From the NCBI GenBank assembly GCA_030595795.1, contig JAUVCH010000008.1, forward strand, positions 3,282-67,281: a stretch of 64,000 bases of DNA, in the 5' to 3' direction. Source of the stretch: Gammaproteobacteria bacterium. GTDB lineage: Bacteria; Pseudomonadota; Gammaproteobacteria; GCA-001735895. Positions 50,059 to 60,238 of the stretch are shown piece after piece (the stretch's first letter is position 1; each line of letters starts with the position of its first letter). A program made the position numbers and the translations under genes. Under the pieces are notes generated by a model, which had not been told where the DNA came from, ran no database searches, and was given only the letters and a program-made list of their open reading frames with translations.

Positions 50059-52137
50059 TCAGTATTTCCCAATTATTAAAGCATCCACTATCGTACAACC
50101 CCGTCCTGTCACAATCACCGGGTTTAAATCGATTTCGGCAATCGAGTCGCCAAGGGTATAAACCAACTCCGAAAAATCTGTAATCAAAGAAACCAATGCC
50201 TCTCGATTGACTGCCGGTTGTCCGCGTACGCCATCGAGAAGCCTCGAAAGCTTTAAATCATCGAGTAATTCATTGGCTTGATTCTCACTCACCGGTGCCA
50301 GTGCAAAGGCGCGATCATTGAGTAGTTCAATCAAAATTCCACCGCTGGCAATGATGATCATCGCGCCATAGTGCGGGTCGTATTTCATGCCCAGCGATAC
50401 TTCGATACCTTTATTGACCATTGGCATGAGCACCACGCGCTCGCCGAGATTTTCACGGAGTGATCGGTAGGCGTCAATTAACATCTGTTGATTTTGAATA
50501 TTGACAAAAACACCGCCGACATCGGACTTATGCTGAATGCCTGGTTCGGCAGTTTTCATTACCAATGGATAGCCTGTTGACTCAGCAGCCCGTATCACTG
50601 CCGCTTCATCGTCACACAGAAAATTCGGCACAACAGGTAAGTCAAAATCTGCCATCATCGCCAACGAGCTCACCTCATCCAGAGATTCAACCTGAGCTAA
50701 TTCAGACCGCCAGTAAGCGACCTTTTCCTGATTAAAGTTTTTTCTTTTCCCTGACAGGAATTTATCCAAATGTTTATACCGACTTAAATTTCGAATCGCC
50801 CGCAGCGCGACGTCGATGCCATTAATCACCGGAATACCCTGCTGGGTAAGTTCAACGGCGGTGTCATTTATACTGGTGAAAGTACAGCTATTGATCACAA
50901 CGACTGGCTTGTCGTTATATTCAGCCAGTTCCCTGACGACATCAAACAGTTCGGGGTAATGCGAAAAACCATCACGAAACTCGAATTCGAAGGTCAGTAA
51001 CCCCGTGTCTTTGTCGTTCAGCAAAGCCTTGCCGCATTCCAGGTAAGTTTGCTTCGTATTGCGGCCCAATGCACCCATGGCATCGAGTGGGTTGTCTGCT
51101 TCCAGTCCAGTATCCAGATAAACTTGCATGAGCGCTATGGCCTGATCGTCGATATCAGCAAAGCGAACGCCATAATCATCCGCAAGATCGATCATTTGCT
51201 CACGCATCCCACCAGAATCGAGAATGCTGGCAACACCAGCATTGGCTATTCTCATACCCGTAGCAAACAACATCGCAGTGACTATCATTTCGTCCAGATC
51301 TCTGCAAAGCACCACGCCATATCTTTCACAGGCAGCAACTAAGGCCTGGTGATCACCTACAATCGCTCCTGAATGACTCATGGCAAGCCGCGCACTTTTC
51401 TCGGTACGCCCCAATTTGGTAATAACAACGGGTATATCTTTTTGTTGAGCCCTTATTAACGCGGAGATAAAACCAGGCACATCCCTCACCGTTTCCAGCA
51501 TGATCGTAATAACCCTGGTCGACGGTTGATCGAGCAGGTAATCAATATAATCACCAACGCTGGCATTGGTTTCCTGTGCGCTGGCAATTACATAGTTATA
51601 GCAAAATCGGGCATCGTTATTGGCGAGATAAGTCAGGCCGGAGCCGGAGTGCAGGATTAAACCAATATGTCCTTTTGGCCGGTTAGGTGGCGGTCGATCA
51701 AAACTGACGAGAACATTATCATCGTAGTTGTAAAAACCCATGGAATTGCCACCACAAACCGGAATGCCAGCCCTCGCAGCCTTTTCCTTCAAACGCTCGG
51801 TCAAACGCGGCTCGATGTCATCTTTCAGATAATTATTGGCATAAATCAGAATTCCGCCGACGCCGATGGCCAGGGCTTCATCAAAACTGGCTTCTAGTAC
51901 CAGACCACTAATTCCATAAACCACCAGATCGGGTACTTCGGGTAAGTCCTTTAAACTCGGGTAGCAGGGTTGTCGGTACAACTGCTGATATTTTGGATTA
52001 ACTAAAAACAGCTTGCCATCATAGCCTGTATTGACCAATTGCTGATAGGTGCCATCCGCGAGGTTTCCAGCGCGTTCAGAAGCACCGACAATTGCGACTG
52101 ATTTCGGCGACAGCAAGGGACTTAACCAATGTCTCAT
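50059..52137 (-). CDS. ADP/NDP-forming acyl-CoA synthetase, paralog of 26798-28891
   Basis: About 692 aa from the ATG at 52137 (MRHWLSPLLSPKSVAIVGAS); same domain order as the first ligase. Confidence 0.8.
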   Translation of the reverse strand: MRHWLSPLLSPKSVAIVGASERAGNLADGTYQQLVNTGYDGKLFLVNPKYQQLYRQPCYPSLKDLPEVPDLVVYGISGLVLEASFDEALAIGVGGILIYANNYLKDDIEPRLTERLKEKAARAGIPVCGGNSMGFYNYDDNVLVSFDRPPPNRPKGHIGLILHSGSGLTYLANNDARFCYNYVIASAQETNASVGDYIDYLLDQPSTRVITIMLETVRDVPGFISALIRAQQKDIPVVITKLGRTEKSARLAMSHSGAIVGDHQALVAACERYGVVLCRDLDEMIVTAMLFATGMRIANAGVASILDSGGMREQMIDLADDYGVRFADIDDQAIALMQVYLDTGLEADNPLDAMGALGRNTKQTYLECGKALLNDKDTGLLTFEFEFRDGFSHYPELFDVVRELAEYNDKPVVVINSCTFTSINDTAVELTQQGIPVINGIDVALRAIRNLSRYKHLDKFLSGKRKNFNQEKVAYWRSELAQVESLDEVSSLAMMADFDLPVVPNFLCDDEAAVIRAAESTGYPLVMKTAEPGIQHKSDVGGVFVNIQNQQMLIDAYRSLRENLGERVVLMPMVNKGIEVSLGMKYDPHYGAMIIIASGGILIELLNDRAFALAPVSENQANELLDDLKLSRLLDGVRGQPAVNREALVSLITDFSELVYTLGDSIAEIDLNPVIVTGRGCTIVDALIIGKY

Positions 52138-52217
52138 AGTGATCAAATCATTTAGTGAATGCGCACGGATTTTGACATATATTGTCGGCATTTCCAGCAA
52201 TTATTTCAGGCCAGTCT

Positions 52218-53024
52218 ATGAGCGATTCAGTACAGGTAGAAACCTTTGATCAGATCATCGAGATCACCATTAACCGGCCACCGGCAAATGCGATTAACAC
52301 CAACGTCTCCAATGCTATTTACGAGGCATTATCAAAGCTACAGGACAGCGAGGATTTACAGGTCGGTATCATCACCGGAAGTGGCGATCGCATCTTCAGC
52401 GCGGGCTGGGACCTAAAAGAAATAGCCGAATTAGACAATAACGAAGACGCCGTCAATGCCGCTTTTGAATGCCCCGGTGGCTTCGCTGGTATGACCGAGT
52501 TCTGGGGTTTAAAGAAACCGCTAATCTGCGCGGTGAATGGTATCGCTGTGGGCGGCGGATTTGAGATCGCGCTGGCATCTGACCTGGTCATCGCTGCCGA
52601 CCACGTCGAATTTTTTCTGCCGGAAATGCAACGCGGTTTTTTGCCTGATGTCGGTGGCATTCAACACTTACCCCGTCGGCTGCCGTATAATGTCGCGATG
52701 GATTTACTTTACACTGGACGACGAATGAGTGCCGAAGAGGCTCAACATTGGGGCTTTGTTAGTCGTGTTTGCCCGTTCGATGAACTGTTGAATACCGCCC
52801 GTGAGATGGCGAGGAATATTGCCAAAGGTGCTCCGCTAGCCTTGCAGGCTCTTAAGGAAGTTGTGCCGGGTATTCAAAATCGATCGATAAAAGATGCCTT
52901 TGCGGCAACCAAACACGGCAATAACGAGTTCCCGATCTACCAGAAAATGCTGATGTCAGAAGACTTTATGGAAGGTCCGAGAGCCTTCGCCGAGAAACGT
53001 TCACCTGTGTGGAAAGGAAAATAA
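52218..53024 (+). CDS. Crotonase-family CaiD-like hydratase, paralog of 30151-30963
   Basis: ITINRPPANAIN, GSGDRIFSAGWDLKE, GGFAGMTEFWGLKKP, GGGFEIALASDLVIAADHVEF, AFAEKRSPVWKG. By eye about half the residues are identical to paralog 1. Confidence 0.8.
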   Translation: MSDSVQVETFDQIIEITINRPPANAINTNVSNAIYEALSKLQDSEDLQVGIITGSGDRIFSAGWDLKEIAELDNNEDAVNAAFECPGGFAGMTEFWGLKKPLICAVNGIAVGGGFEIALASDLVIAADHVEFFLPEMQRGFLPDVGGIQHLPRRLPYNVAMDLLYTGRRMSAEEAQHWGFVSRVCPFDELLNTAREMARNIAKGAPLALQALKEVVPGIQNRSIKDAFAATKHGNNEFPIYQKMLMSEDFMEGPRAFAEKRSPVWKGK

Positions 53025-53025
53025 C

Positions 53026-53550
53026 ATGGCTTCAAACAACAATTCTAGTGCAATGTTTGCTGCTGCCGTTTATGAGTCCGATACTGGCGATAGAATGGCG
53101 CTTTTAAAATTCGTCGAAAAATTAAAGACACTTAATAAACGCGTGGGCGGCGTGCTTCAGGAAGCAACCTACAACTCAGATAACCAGATGAATGGCCTTA
53201 ATGCTATCGATGTTGCTAGCGGCCGTCGCATTCCTATTTCGCGCCCGGTTAGCAATAGCAGTGAGTGTAGCCTTGACGTTTCGGCTCTGGCAGAAACCAC
53301 TGAGATTATTCGGCAGGCGATTCATGATCGGCTGGATCTGGTGGTTATCGAAAAGTTCGGCGAACTAGAGCAAAACGGCAAAGGCCTAATCGACGAAATA
53401 CTACAAACTATCGTCGAAGGTATTCCTCTACTAATTTCAGTTCCCAAAGCGGCTCTGCCGATCTGGCAAGAGCGTAGCGGCGAACTAGGTAGCGTTCTTA
53501 GCTTTAGCGAAGAAGCTTTCGAGGAATGGTGGCAAGACCTGGCACCTTAA
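53026..53550 (+). CDS. DUF2478-like (THEP1/NTPase-like) hypothetical protein
   Basis: 174 aa; recalled family blocks DLVVIEKFGELEQNGKGL and GIPLLISVP. Start is directly after the hydratase stop. Confidence 0.45.
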   Translation: MASNNNSSAMFAAAVYESDTGDRMALLKFVEKLKTLNKRVGGVLQEATYNSDNQMNGLNAIDVASGRRIPISRPVSNSSECSLDVSALAETTEIIRQAIHDRLDLVVIEKFGELEQNGKGLIDEILQTIVEGIPLLISVPKAALPIWQERSGELGSVLSFSEEAFEEWWQDLAP

Positions 53551-53729
53551 ACACTAACATCTGGTATTAAACCTCGCTGGATACGCGCGTTGATAATTTT
53601 TCAGCAAAATTGAAAATAATCGTCTAGAATCAAATGTAACTATGTATTTCAGTAGTGATGCAAGGGTTAATGCCGCCCCGACATATCAGCAAGATTAACA
53701 TAATATAAAATATAAGGGGTATTCCAAAC

Positions 53730-54890
53730 TTGGCTATTGGTAGGAATAAATATCAACGCATTTATTTAAGCAGCCTTGCAGCGATTGTCCTGCTGGTAAT
53801 GGCTTCGCAGTTAGTATTTGATTATATCGTCTCCGAAGAGTCATCGATGGTCGAAGTCAACGATATTGGCAGTCGTCAAAGTATGTTGTCGGAGCGAATC
53901 GTTCACCTCCTACTCGAATACGCCAACGAGCAAGACCCCGTAAAGCGTGAAGATATCGTCGCCCGCACCCAAAAATCTACAGATTCTTTCGACCAGACCC
54001 ACAAACTACTCATCCGCGGACTTCTCTCGAACGGAGAAAATGTAATATTTGAAGATAATATAGATGATCTTTTCTTTGGCCAACCCGAATATCTCGACGA
54101 GAAAGCACGCCTGTTTATCTACAACACACGCGAGGTGCTTTCAAAGGACTGGCATCCAGAGCTAATATCCAGTTTTTACCTGAAAGAACTTCGAAAAGCC
54201 TCTGAACAAATACTACACGACGGCCTTGACGACCTGGCAACTCTCTACACAATGAATAGTAAATTCCGTATTAACCAGCTTCGTCTGGTTATCGCCATAT
54301 TACTCAGCACCATTGTTATTCTAGTCATCAGTATTGGTATCTTCGTTTTCAAGCCACTGTTTAAACGAATTGCTGAGCAACAGGACGACCTCGAAAAGCT
54401 TGCCTACATCGATCCGCTAACCAATTGCCAAAATCGGCGTAGTTTCATCATTAACGCCAATATTGAATACGAGCGTAGTCGTCGTAATCATTTACCCTAT
54501 TCGGTTTTGTTCCTCGACATCGATTATCTTAAAACGATAAACGACACCTTTGGACATGCCATGGGTGATACCGTCATCAAGGAAATTACTCAATGCTGTA
54601 AAAGTATGATTCGCGATATAGACATCATCGGTCGAATCGGCGGTGATGAGTTTGGAATATTGCTACCAGAATGCGATCTGGAAAGCGCCAAACAAAAGGC
54701 CGAACGCCTCCGGCAAGGCATGTCAGAACACATCATCCCTGGGATTAGTGATAAATTTCAGGTCAGCACCAGTATTGGCGTAGCATCTTTATTGACGAGT
54801 GATAAAAACACCTTTGATGTTATAAGTCGCGCTGACGAGAACCTCTACGAAGCGAAACGAAATGGACGTAATTTAATTATTGCGGCTTAA
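53730..54890 (+). CDS. Sensor-domain diguanylate cyclase (PilJ/NIT-like N-terminal sensor, transmembrane segment, GGDEF)
   Basis: 386 aa; GGDEF active site RIGGDEFGILL; DPLTNCQNRR. Confidence 0.8.
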   Translation: MAIGRNKYQRIYLSSLAAIVLLVMASQLVFDYIVSEESSMVEVNDIGSRQSMLSERIVHLLLEYANEQDPVKREDIVARTQKSTDSFDQTHKLLIRGLLSNGENVIFEDNIDDLFFGQPEYLDEKARLFIYNTREVLSKDWHPELISSFYLKELRKASEQILHDGLDDLATLYTMNSKFRINQLRLVIAILLSTIVILVISIGIFVFKPLFKRIAEQQDDLEKLAYIDPLTNCQNRRSFIINANIEYERSRRNHLPYSVLFLDIDYLKTINDTFGHAMGDTVIKEITQCCKSMIRDIDIIGRIGGDEFGILLPECDLESAKQKAERLRQGMSEHIIPGISDKFQVSTSIGVASLLTSDKNTFDVISRADENLYEAKRNGRNLIIAA

Positions 54891-55041
54891 TCTTTGCCTG
54901 GACAAGCTCGAAGCGGCCAGGCTCAACCTGGATGGGGGCTTCCAGATAGTCGTCATTCCAGATTAAGAATGAAGGGAATTTCTAATACCAATTAGCCCAG
55001 CAACCGGATTTTCGGCTGTATCCTGTTTGAGATTACTGCTG

Positions 55042-56391
55042 TCATTTAGTCGACGAAAATGCCTCATCCATAATTTCCAATGACAAATCCATCTCAGATT
55101 TCGAAATTGTTAGTGGCGGCGCAATACGCCACACCGCCAACGGCCCACCAACCCGATTCACATTCAATCCAAGCTCGAAGCATCGCTGGCTTAATTTGGC
55201 CAGGTATTCCTTATCCGGGGTTTTCGACTCTCGATCGGTAACGATTTCAACACCGAGCAATAAGCCACGGCCACGCAAGTCCCCAATCGATTCGTATTTA
55301 TCCTGAAGCACCTGCAAGCCTGACATCAGGTATTGCCCGATTTCATCGGCCCTCGATGCGAGCTGCTCAGAAACCAGCGTACGTACGACGGCAAGACCGA
55401 CTTCAACCGTGAGCGGGTCGGATGCATGTGAAGTGTAATGTGAATAACCTTTTTCACGGGTATTGTCGGCGATCTCCTTGCTGGTAATGGTCGCGGCAAG
55501 CGGCACGCCCGCCCCCAGGGTTTTCGACAGGGATAGAATGTCGGGCACAACTGCTTGCTGCTCGAAAGCGAAATTGGTGCCTACCCTGCCAAGCCCGGTC
55601 TGGGCTTCGTCGAATATCAGCAAGATTGATCGCTCGTCACACAACGCCCGTAACTTTTCCATGTAGCCTTCGGGCGGCACGATAATTCCACCCGCGCTCT
55701 GGATCGGCTCTATCAACATCGCTGCGGTCGATCCAACCGATACCGAATCAATGTATTCAAATCCAAAATCCAGGCAGGCAAGGTTACAACTCGTCTGGCA
55801 TTGGCCCAGCGGGCATCGGTAACAGTTAGGCGCTGGAATGGCTATGGTTCCCGGCATGCCGGGACCATAGCCTTTTCGACCGTGAGCATAGGTCGTTGAA
55901 GCAGCCCCATAGGTGGTGCCGTGCCAGGATCCTGTCAGACCTATAATTTCAAAACAACCGGTATAAAGCTTGGCCAGGCGAATCGCAGCTTCATTCGATT
56001 CCGCACCGGTATTCAGGAATAGAACTTTACTCAGTTGTGGTGGTAACAACTCACAGAGTTCTTTGGCCAGATGGGCAATTGACGGAGAGAGCATGGTGCT
56101 GTCCAGGTGAATCACCGAATCCGCCGAACGCTGCATTGCGTCGAGAATTGCCGGATGGTTATGTCCGAGCGTTGCGCACATTTGCCCGGATGAAAAGTCG
56201 ATGATGGATCGCCCTGTAGCGGTATGGAGGTAGGGGCCCGATGCGCTGGTTATGAATTCACGTACAAAATCGCGGCCATAATGCAGCAGGTGTTCATCGA
56301 CAATTTGCCAAAGTTCATCGGTGTTATCGGATATTGCTGCATTAGCGGTAGAATTTGCCTTTTTTTCTAATTCCCTGTTGTCACTATTCAT
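55042..56391 (-). CDS. Class-III (omega) aminotransferase, PLP-dependent
   Basis: 449 aa; AT-III motifs (LIFDEAQTGLGRVG, lysine in SLSKTLG). Confidence 0.85.
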   Translation of the reverse strand: MNSDNRELEKKANSTANAAISDNTDELWQIVDEHLLHYGRDFVREFITSASGPYLHTATGRSIIDFSSGQMCATLGHNHPAILDAMQRSADSVIHLDSTMLSPSIAHLAKELCELLPPQLSKVLFLNTGAESNEAAIRLAKLYTGCFEIIGLTGSWHGTTYGAASTTYAHGRKGYGPGMPGTIAIPAPNCYRCPLGQCQTSCNLACLDFGFEYIDSVSVGSTAAMLIEPIQSAGGIIVPPEGYMEKLRALCDERSILLIFDEAQTGLGRVGTNFAFEQQAVVPDILSLSKTLGAGVPLAATITSKEIADNTREKGYSHYTSHASDPLTVEVGLAVVRTLVSEQLASRADEIGQYLMSGLQVLQDKYESIGDLRGRGLLLGVEIVTDRESKTPDKEYLAKLSQRCFELGLNVNRVGGPLAVWRIAPPLTISKSEMDLSLEIMDEAFSSTK

Positions 56392-56437
56392 AATAAAATA
56401 AATCCTGACTATATTTAAGTATTGGCAATAATGAGGA

Positions 56438-57358
56438 ATGGATAATTATCGACGCCCATCATTGAAAGCGATTTCAACCTTCGAATCCGCTGCCCGCCAC
56501 GAGAGTTTCAAAGAAGCCGCAAAAGAGCTTTCCTTGACGCCTTCTGCAATTAGCCACCAGGTTAAACAGTTGGAGCAGCAGGTCGGTGTAAACCTGTTTC
56601 ACCGCCTCAGTGGCGGCCTTGCGATTACCGATGCCGGTGCGGCCTACCTGAAACTGTTGGGCCCGGCGTTTGCCGAGATTGATGATGCCACTAAACAGGT
56701 TATGCAGCTTGAATATTCCGACCAATTGACTATCAGATCGGCCCCCAGCTTTGCCAGGAAATGGCTGCTGGATCGTCTGCCCGCTTTTCTTGATAAGCAT
56801 GAAGGTATCGATGTCAAAGTGATAGCGACATCCGAATTGCTTGATTTTCGAAAAAAAAATATCGATATCGGTATTCATTACGGTCAGTCGACATGGCCAG
56901 GATGTGTGGTTAAACCCCTGCTCTCCGAACGTGTTCTGCCGATGTGTAGCCCCGACCTCAAAAACAAACCTACCCAGCTTGGTTCGATAGCAGATTTGCA
57001 CAAATTCACCCTGATCCACACTGAGCAAAATCTGGTTAGCTGGAAAATGTGGTTCACTGAACAAGGCGTCCCTATAAATAAAGAATTGCGTGGTGTCTGC
57101 CTTGACCCTTCGGAACTCGCGATAGAAGCGGCAGTTCGAGGTGTTGGCATCGTGCTTGAGAGCGACCTTCTGGCCGCCTCTGAACTTAAAGATGGTTCTC
57201 TTATCCCGGCGATTGATGAAACCGAGAGTAAGATAGTCTCCTACTATCTGGTTTACCCGGAAGATCATATGCATATTCCCAAGGTGACTGCTTTCACTGA
57301 CTGGATTGTGGGTATGGCAAAGAATTATTCGATTGATCACCAGGATATCTCTGATTAA
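56438..57358 (+). CDS. LysR-family transcriptional regulator
   Basis: 306 aa; N-terminal helix-turn-helix LSLTPSAISHQVKQLE; LysR substrate-binding domain. Confidence 0.85.
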   Translation: MDNYRRPSLKAISTFESAARHESFKEAAKELSLTPSAISHQVKQLEQQVGVNLFHRLSGGLAITDAGAAYLKLLGPAFAEIDDATKQVMQLEYSDQLTIRSAPSFARKWLLDRLPAFLDKHEGIDVKVIATSELLDFRKKNIDIGIHYGQSTWPGCVVKPLLSERVLPMCSPDLKNKPTQLGSIADLHKFTLIHTEQNLVSWKMWFTEQGVPINKELRGVCLDPSELAIEAAVRGVGIVLESDLLAASELKDGSLIPAIDETESKIVSYYLVYPEDHMHIPKVTAFTDWIVGMAKNYSIDHQDISD

Positions 57359-57569
57359 TTCTGAGCTATTATTGTCGAACTATTACAGAGTCTCAAACGC
57401 AAATAATTAGATCCATGCATGAGAAAAATTGTTGCATTGATCTCTAGCCCGCATATTTTCGCGAGGAACAAGTAAGCTACCGGCAATAACTGTAAAGCGT
57501 ACTGACAAGTTAACTTTTTTACCCAAGAAAATCCCCGTGGATGTTGCCATTTTAAGCGACCACATTTTC

Positions 57570-57990
57570 TCAATACATAAAGGCGTGCCATCGAAATAAA
57601 CGGTAATTTTTCGCAGATGTTAAATGACGACCCAGGTTAAATAAATTGTAGATTGCCGCATGCACACTTAAGAAGCTCTGTGCTTGCTTTATCGATTTAA
57701 ACTTGCGCATCCCCCTTTCTCGTACTCGAGTTGGTTGGTACGATAATTCGGCCTGATTATTTGCATACTGTGATGTGTCATGAATCGTGTCTGGAATCAA
57801 TTCTCGATGTGCAACACTATAGCTTCTCAATTTATCCGTTACTATCTTCCTGGGATTGTCTCGTAGGTAACATTTACCCCACGCTCAGCTAGTAAATTTT
57901 CGATATCCCGATGACTTAGGTTGAATCTGTAGTAAAGCCATACGGCGTACTGGATAATTACCGGTGGAGATCGGTATCGCTTGAATATAT
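57570..57990 (-). mobile_element. IS6-family transposase remnant (N-terminal helix-turn-helix part plus C-terminal part; central DDE core deleted; internal stop)
   Basis: Minus-strand translation from 57990: MNKSNIFKRYRSPPVIIQYAVWLYYRFNLSHRDIENLLAERGVNVTYETIPGR* (IS26-like N-terminus). After a stop/shift comes a C-terminal block ...NNQAELSYQPTRVRERGMRKFKSIKQAQSFLSVHAAIYNLFNLGRH... Confidence 0.55.
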
Positions 57991-58126
57991 TCGATTTATT
58001 CATCGGACAATTGTCATCGAATTTCAGTTAACTTATCAGTACCGTTCCTATATATTAAGGCTACTTTAAATCAATCAGTAAATTTTTGGCTTCCGGCCTT
58101 ATAAAAAAAACTGCTAGCTTTTTCTT

Positions 58127-58620
58127 ATGATTTCAAGCCTGTTTAAACCAGTTCCTTCTTCAGACTTCAGGGTCAAATCAACCTTCGGTGTTTCTCTTGC
58201 TGTGTTGGTGCTACCCTTCTGTGCTTGCCTTTTATTTTATGCTACACGAACGACAAGCCTGGATTGCCAACGTCGTTTTCCATTTCATAGTACTCCCCCC
58301 TGCATGGGATGTGCTTGAGCCGCACATGGCTTTACGATTAACGGTTACACTTGTGGCAGTAAGTATTTTCTCGGTAATTTTTGTTCGGGTAATCACTAAC
58401 CAGCAACGTAAACTGGAAGTTCAGGTTTCGACCGATCCACTCATCGGACTTTTAAATCGAACACTACTGAATAGTACGCTCGAGCATGCAATCCAACAGA
58501 ACCGTTAGTACTGGTGTCGCTACTCTCGAAGCCAATGAAAACTGGGATACTTGGATGCAACGCTGCGATAAAAATCTCTACCGGGCCAAGCAGGATGGGC
58601 GTAACAGAATTGCTGGATGA
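58127..58620 (+). pseudogene. Decayed diguanylate cyclase gene: N-terminal membrane part with frame disruption, joined to the last roughly 35 codons of a GGDEF domain; catalytic core deleted
   Basis: 58188-58508 encodes transmembrane helices ending DPLIGLLNR (start of a GGDEF domain). It is immediately followed (58509-58620) by ...TGVATLEANENWDTWMQRCDKNLYRAKQDGRNRIAG* (end of a GGDEF domain). Confidence 0.5.
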
Positions 58621-58731
58621 GTAGCCCTGGGGATTTCACCCCAAGGTTCTCGCAGAACCGTACGTGAACGTCTCCGCTCATACGGCTCCCATCATCCAGC
58701 CGTAAAACCAACCCCAAACTGCCAATGTGCA

Positions 58732-58950
58732 AAGAGCTCGGGATGAATACTTACAAGCGTAACCGATTTCCATCGGATATCATTAGTTATGCTGTATGAC
58801 TCTATTACAGATTCAATCTCAGCCATCGCCGATGTGTCGGACCATTTATTGAGGATTTGTTGGCAGAATGGGTCATGCGAAGATTTAAATCGATTGCGCG
58901 CCTTTGCGTCCTGGAAAAGTGTAGTGGGGCTCAGCGGCGGTTAAATGTTT
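58732..58950 (+). mobile_element. Second IS6-family transposase remnant, inverted relative to the first and internally deleted
   Basis: MNTYKRNRFPSDIISYAV* then shifted ...LYYRFNLSHRRCVGPFIEDLLAEWVMRRFKSIARL. It shares the LYYRFNLSHR and MRKFKSI blocks with the remnant at 57570-57990. Confidence 0.45.
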
Positions 58951-58976
58951 AAGCAAATAGGTCATCGAGAAGATAA

Positions 58977-59513
58977 ATGAAACTTTCAACATACAAAAAT
59001 TCTGATATTGAGGAAATTAAACAACTATTTTTAAAGGTATTTTCTGACTCAGAGGGTCAGGAAGAAGGCTCTATAATTGGAAGCCTGGTTTTGGATATTA
59101 TGACAAGAACTAGTGCTCAAGATATTTATGGCTTTATTGCCGCTGAAAACGATCAAATAAGTGGCAGTATTTTTTTTACAAGGTTGGCGTTTGAAAATTC
59201 TGAAAACGCCTTTATTTTATCGCCTGTAGCCATCCATACAAACCACCAGGGGAAAGGCATTGGTCAGAACTTAATTAATTTTGGTATTAAACACCTAAAG
59301 GAAAATGATGTAAGGCTAGTGTTTACTTATGGCGACCCAGATTTTTACTCTAAAGTCGGGTTTAAGTGCATTACTGAAACAATAGCTAAAGCCCCATTTG
59401 CATTGTCGCAACCAGAGGGATGGCTTTGTCAATCATTGTTTGGCGATGAAATTAGGCCAATTGTAGGGAAATCTCGTTGTGTTGAAGCACTCAACAAAGC
59501 TGAGTATTGGTAA
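58977..59513 (+). CDS. GNAT-family N-acetyltransferase
   Basis: 178 aa; motif A HQGKGIGQNLI. Confidence 0.8.
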   Translation: MKLSTYKNSDIEEIKQLFLKVFSDSEGQEEGSIIGSLVLDIMTRTSAQDIYGFIAAENDQISGSIFFTRLAFENSENAFILSPVAIHTNHQGKGIGQNLINFGIKHLKENDVRLVFTYGDPDFYSKVGFKCITETIAKAPFALSQPEGWLCQSLFGDEIRPIVGKSRCVEALNKAEYW

Positions 59514-59537
59514 GCCCTTTCTCCACTTAAAACTCGA

Positions 59538-60143
59538 TTAACAACAATTGCTTTCCTCGCAACCGCAATCAACCGATACAGATAGTTTATTGGTAGCGGC
59601 GCATAGCCTGTCTTTCTTTGCGAAATATTGCACCAGATTATCAGACAGGTCGAACGCTCCCTCAGCGTTTTTATCGTCTGAGTCAATAGTATTCTTATTG
59701 CTGTATAAGCTACTCATTACCGCATCAATAATCATCCCTTCGGGTGGGGCAGAGTACTCTCTGCCCTTATAAAACCATAATCGGCAATCAACTAATGCGC
59801 CGTCAGTTAGAGAGCTGCATGTTGCACAATGACTTTGCTTGATCTCCATTTGAATATCACGCCCATTAATGCGGATAGTAGGCGAGCTTTCGAATTGCTG
59901 TTCTCTAGCCTGCGCCTCCGTTTCAATGTGTATCTTATTGACTTTAACTTCATAGCCAATATTTTTTAGTAACTCAGACGCACTTTCAAGTGAGGCATCA
60001 AGACTGCCTTCGGTATCTTGACAGCGTGTACAAACACTTAAGTCAAGAAACAGGAAATCAATATTCACAACTTTATTACTAATGCCACTTTCTATATTTT
60101 GGTTATCTTTACTTAGGTTTTCATGACGGCCGCATGAACTCAT
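59538..60143 (-). CDS. Cys-rich DUF2703-like protein
   Basis: 201 aa; CxxC pairs (CTRCQ, CATCS) and a C-terminal CGCEESNCC; downstream of the ECF sigma gene in the same orientation. Confidence 0.45.
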   Translation of the reverse strand: MSSCGRHENLSKDNQNIESGISNKVVNIDFLFLDLSVCTRCQDTEGSLDASLESASELLKNIGYEVKVNKIHIETEAQAREQQFESSPTIRINGRDIQMEIKQSHCATCSSLTDGALVDCRLWFYKGREYSAPPEGMIIDAVMSSLYSNKNTIDSDDKNAEGAFDLSDNLVQYFAKKDRLCAATNKLSVSVDCGCEESNCC

Positions 60144-60238
60144 GGTTATTTCTCCTACAATATGGGCTAAAATAAATCTTCACCCATATAGACGAAGGTA
60201 TCTTATAAAAGACGCAAAATATTTTTCTCCTGATTGTT

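Noticed and set aside
56474-57340. 288-aa minus-strand ORF
   Set aside because: It is completely antisense to the well-supported LysR regulator on the plus strand and has no domain or motif.
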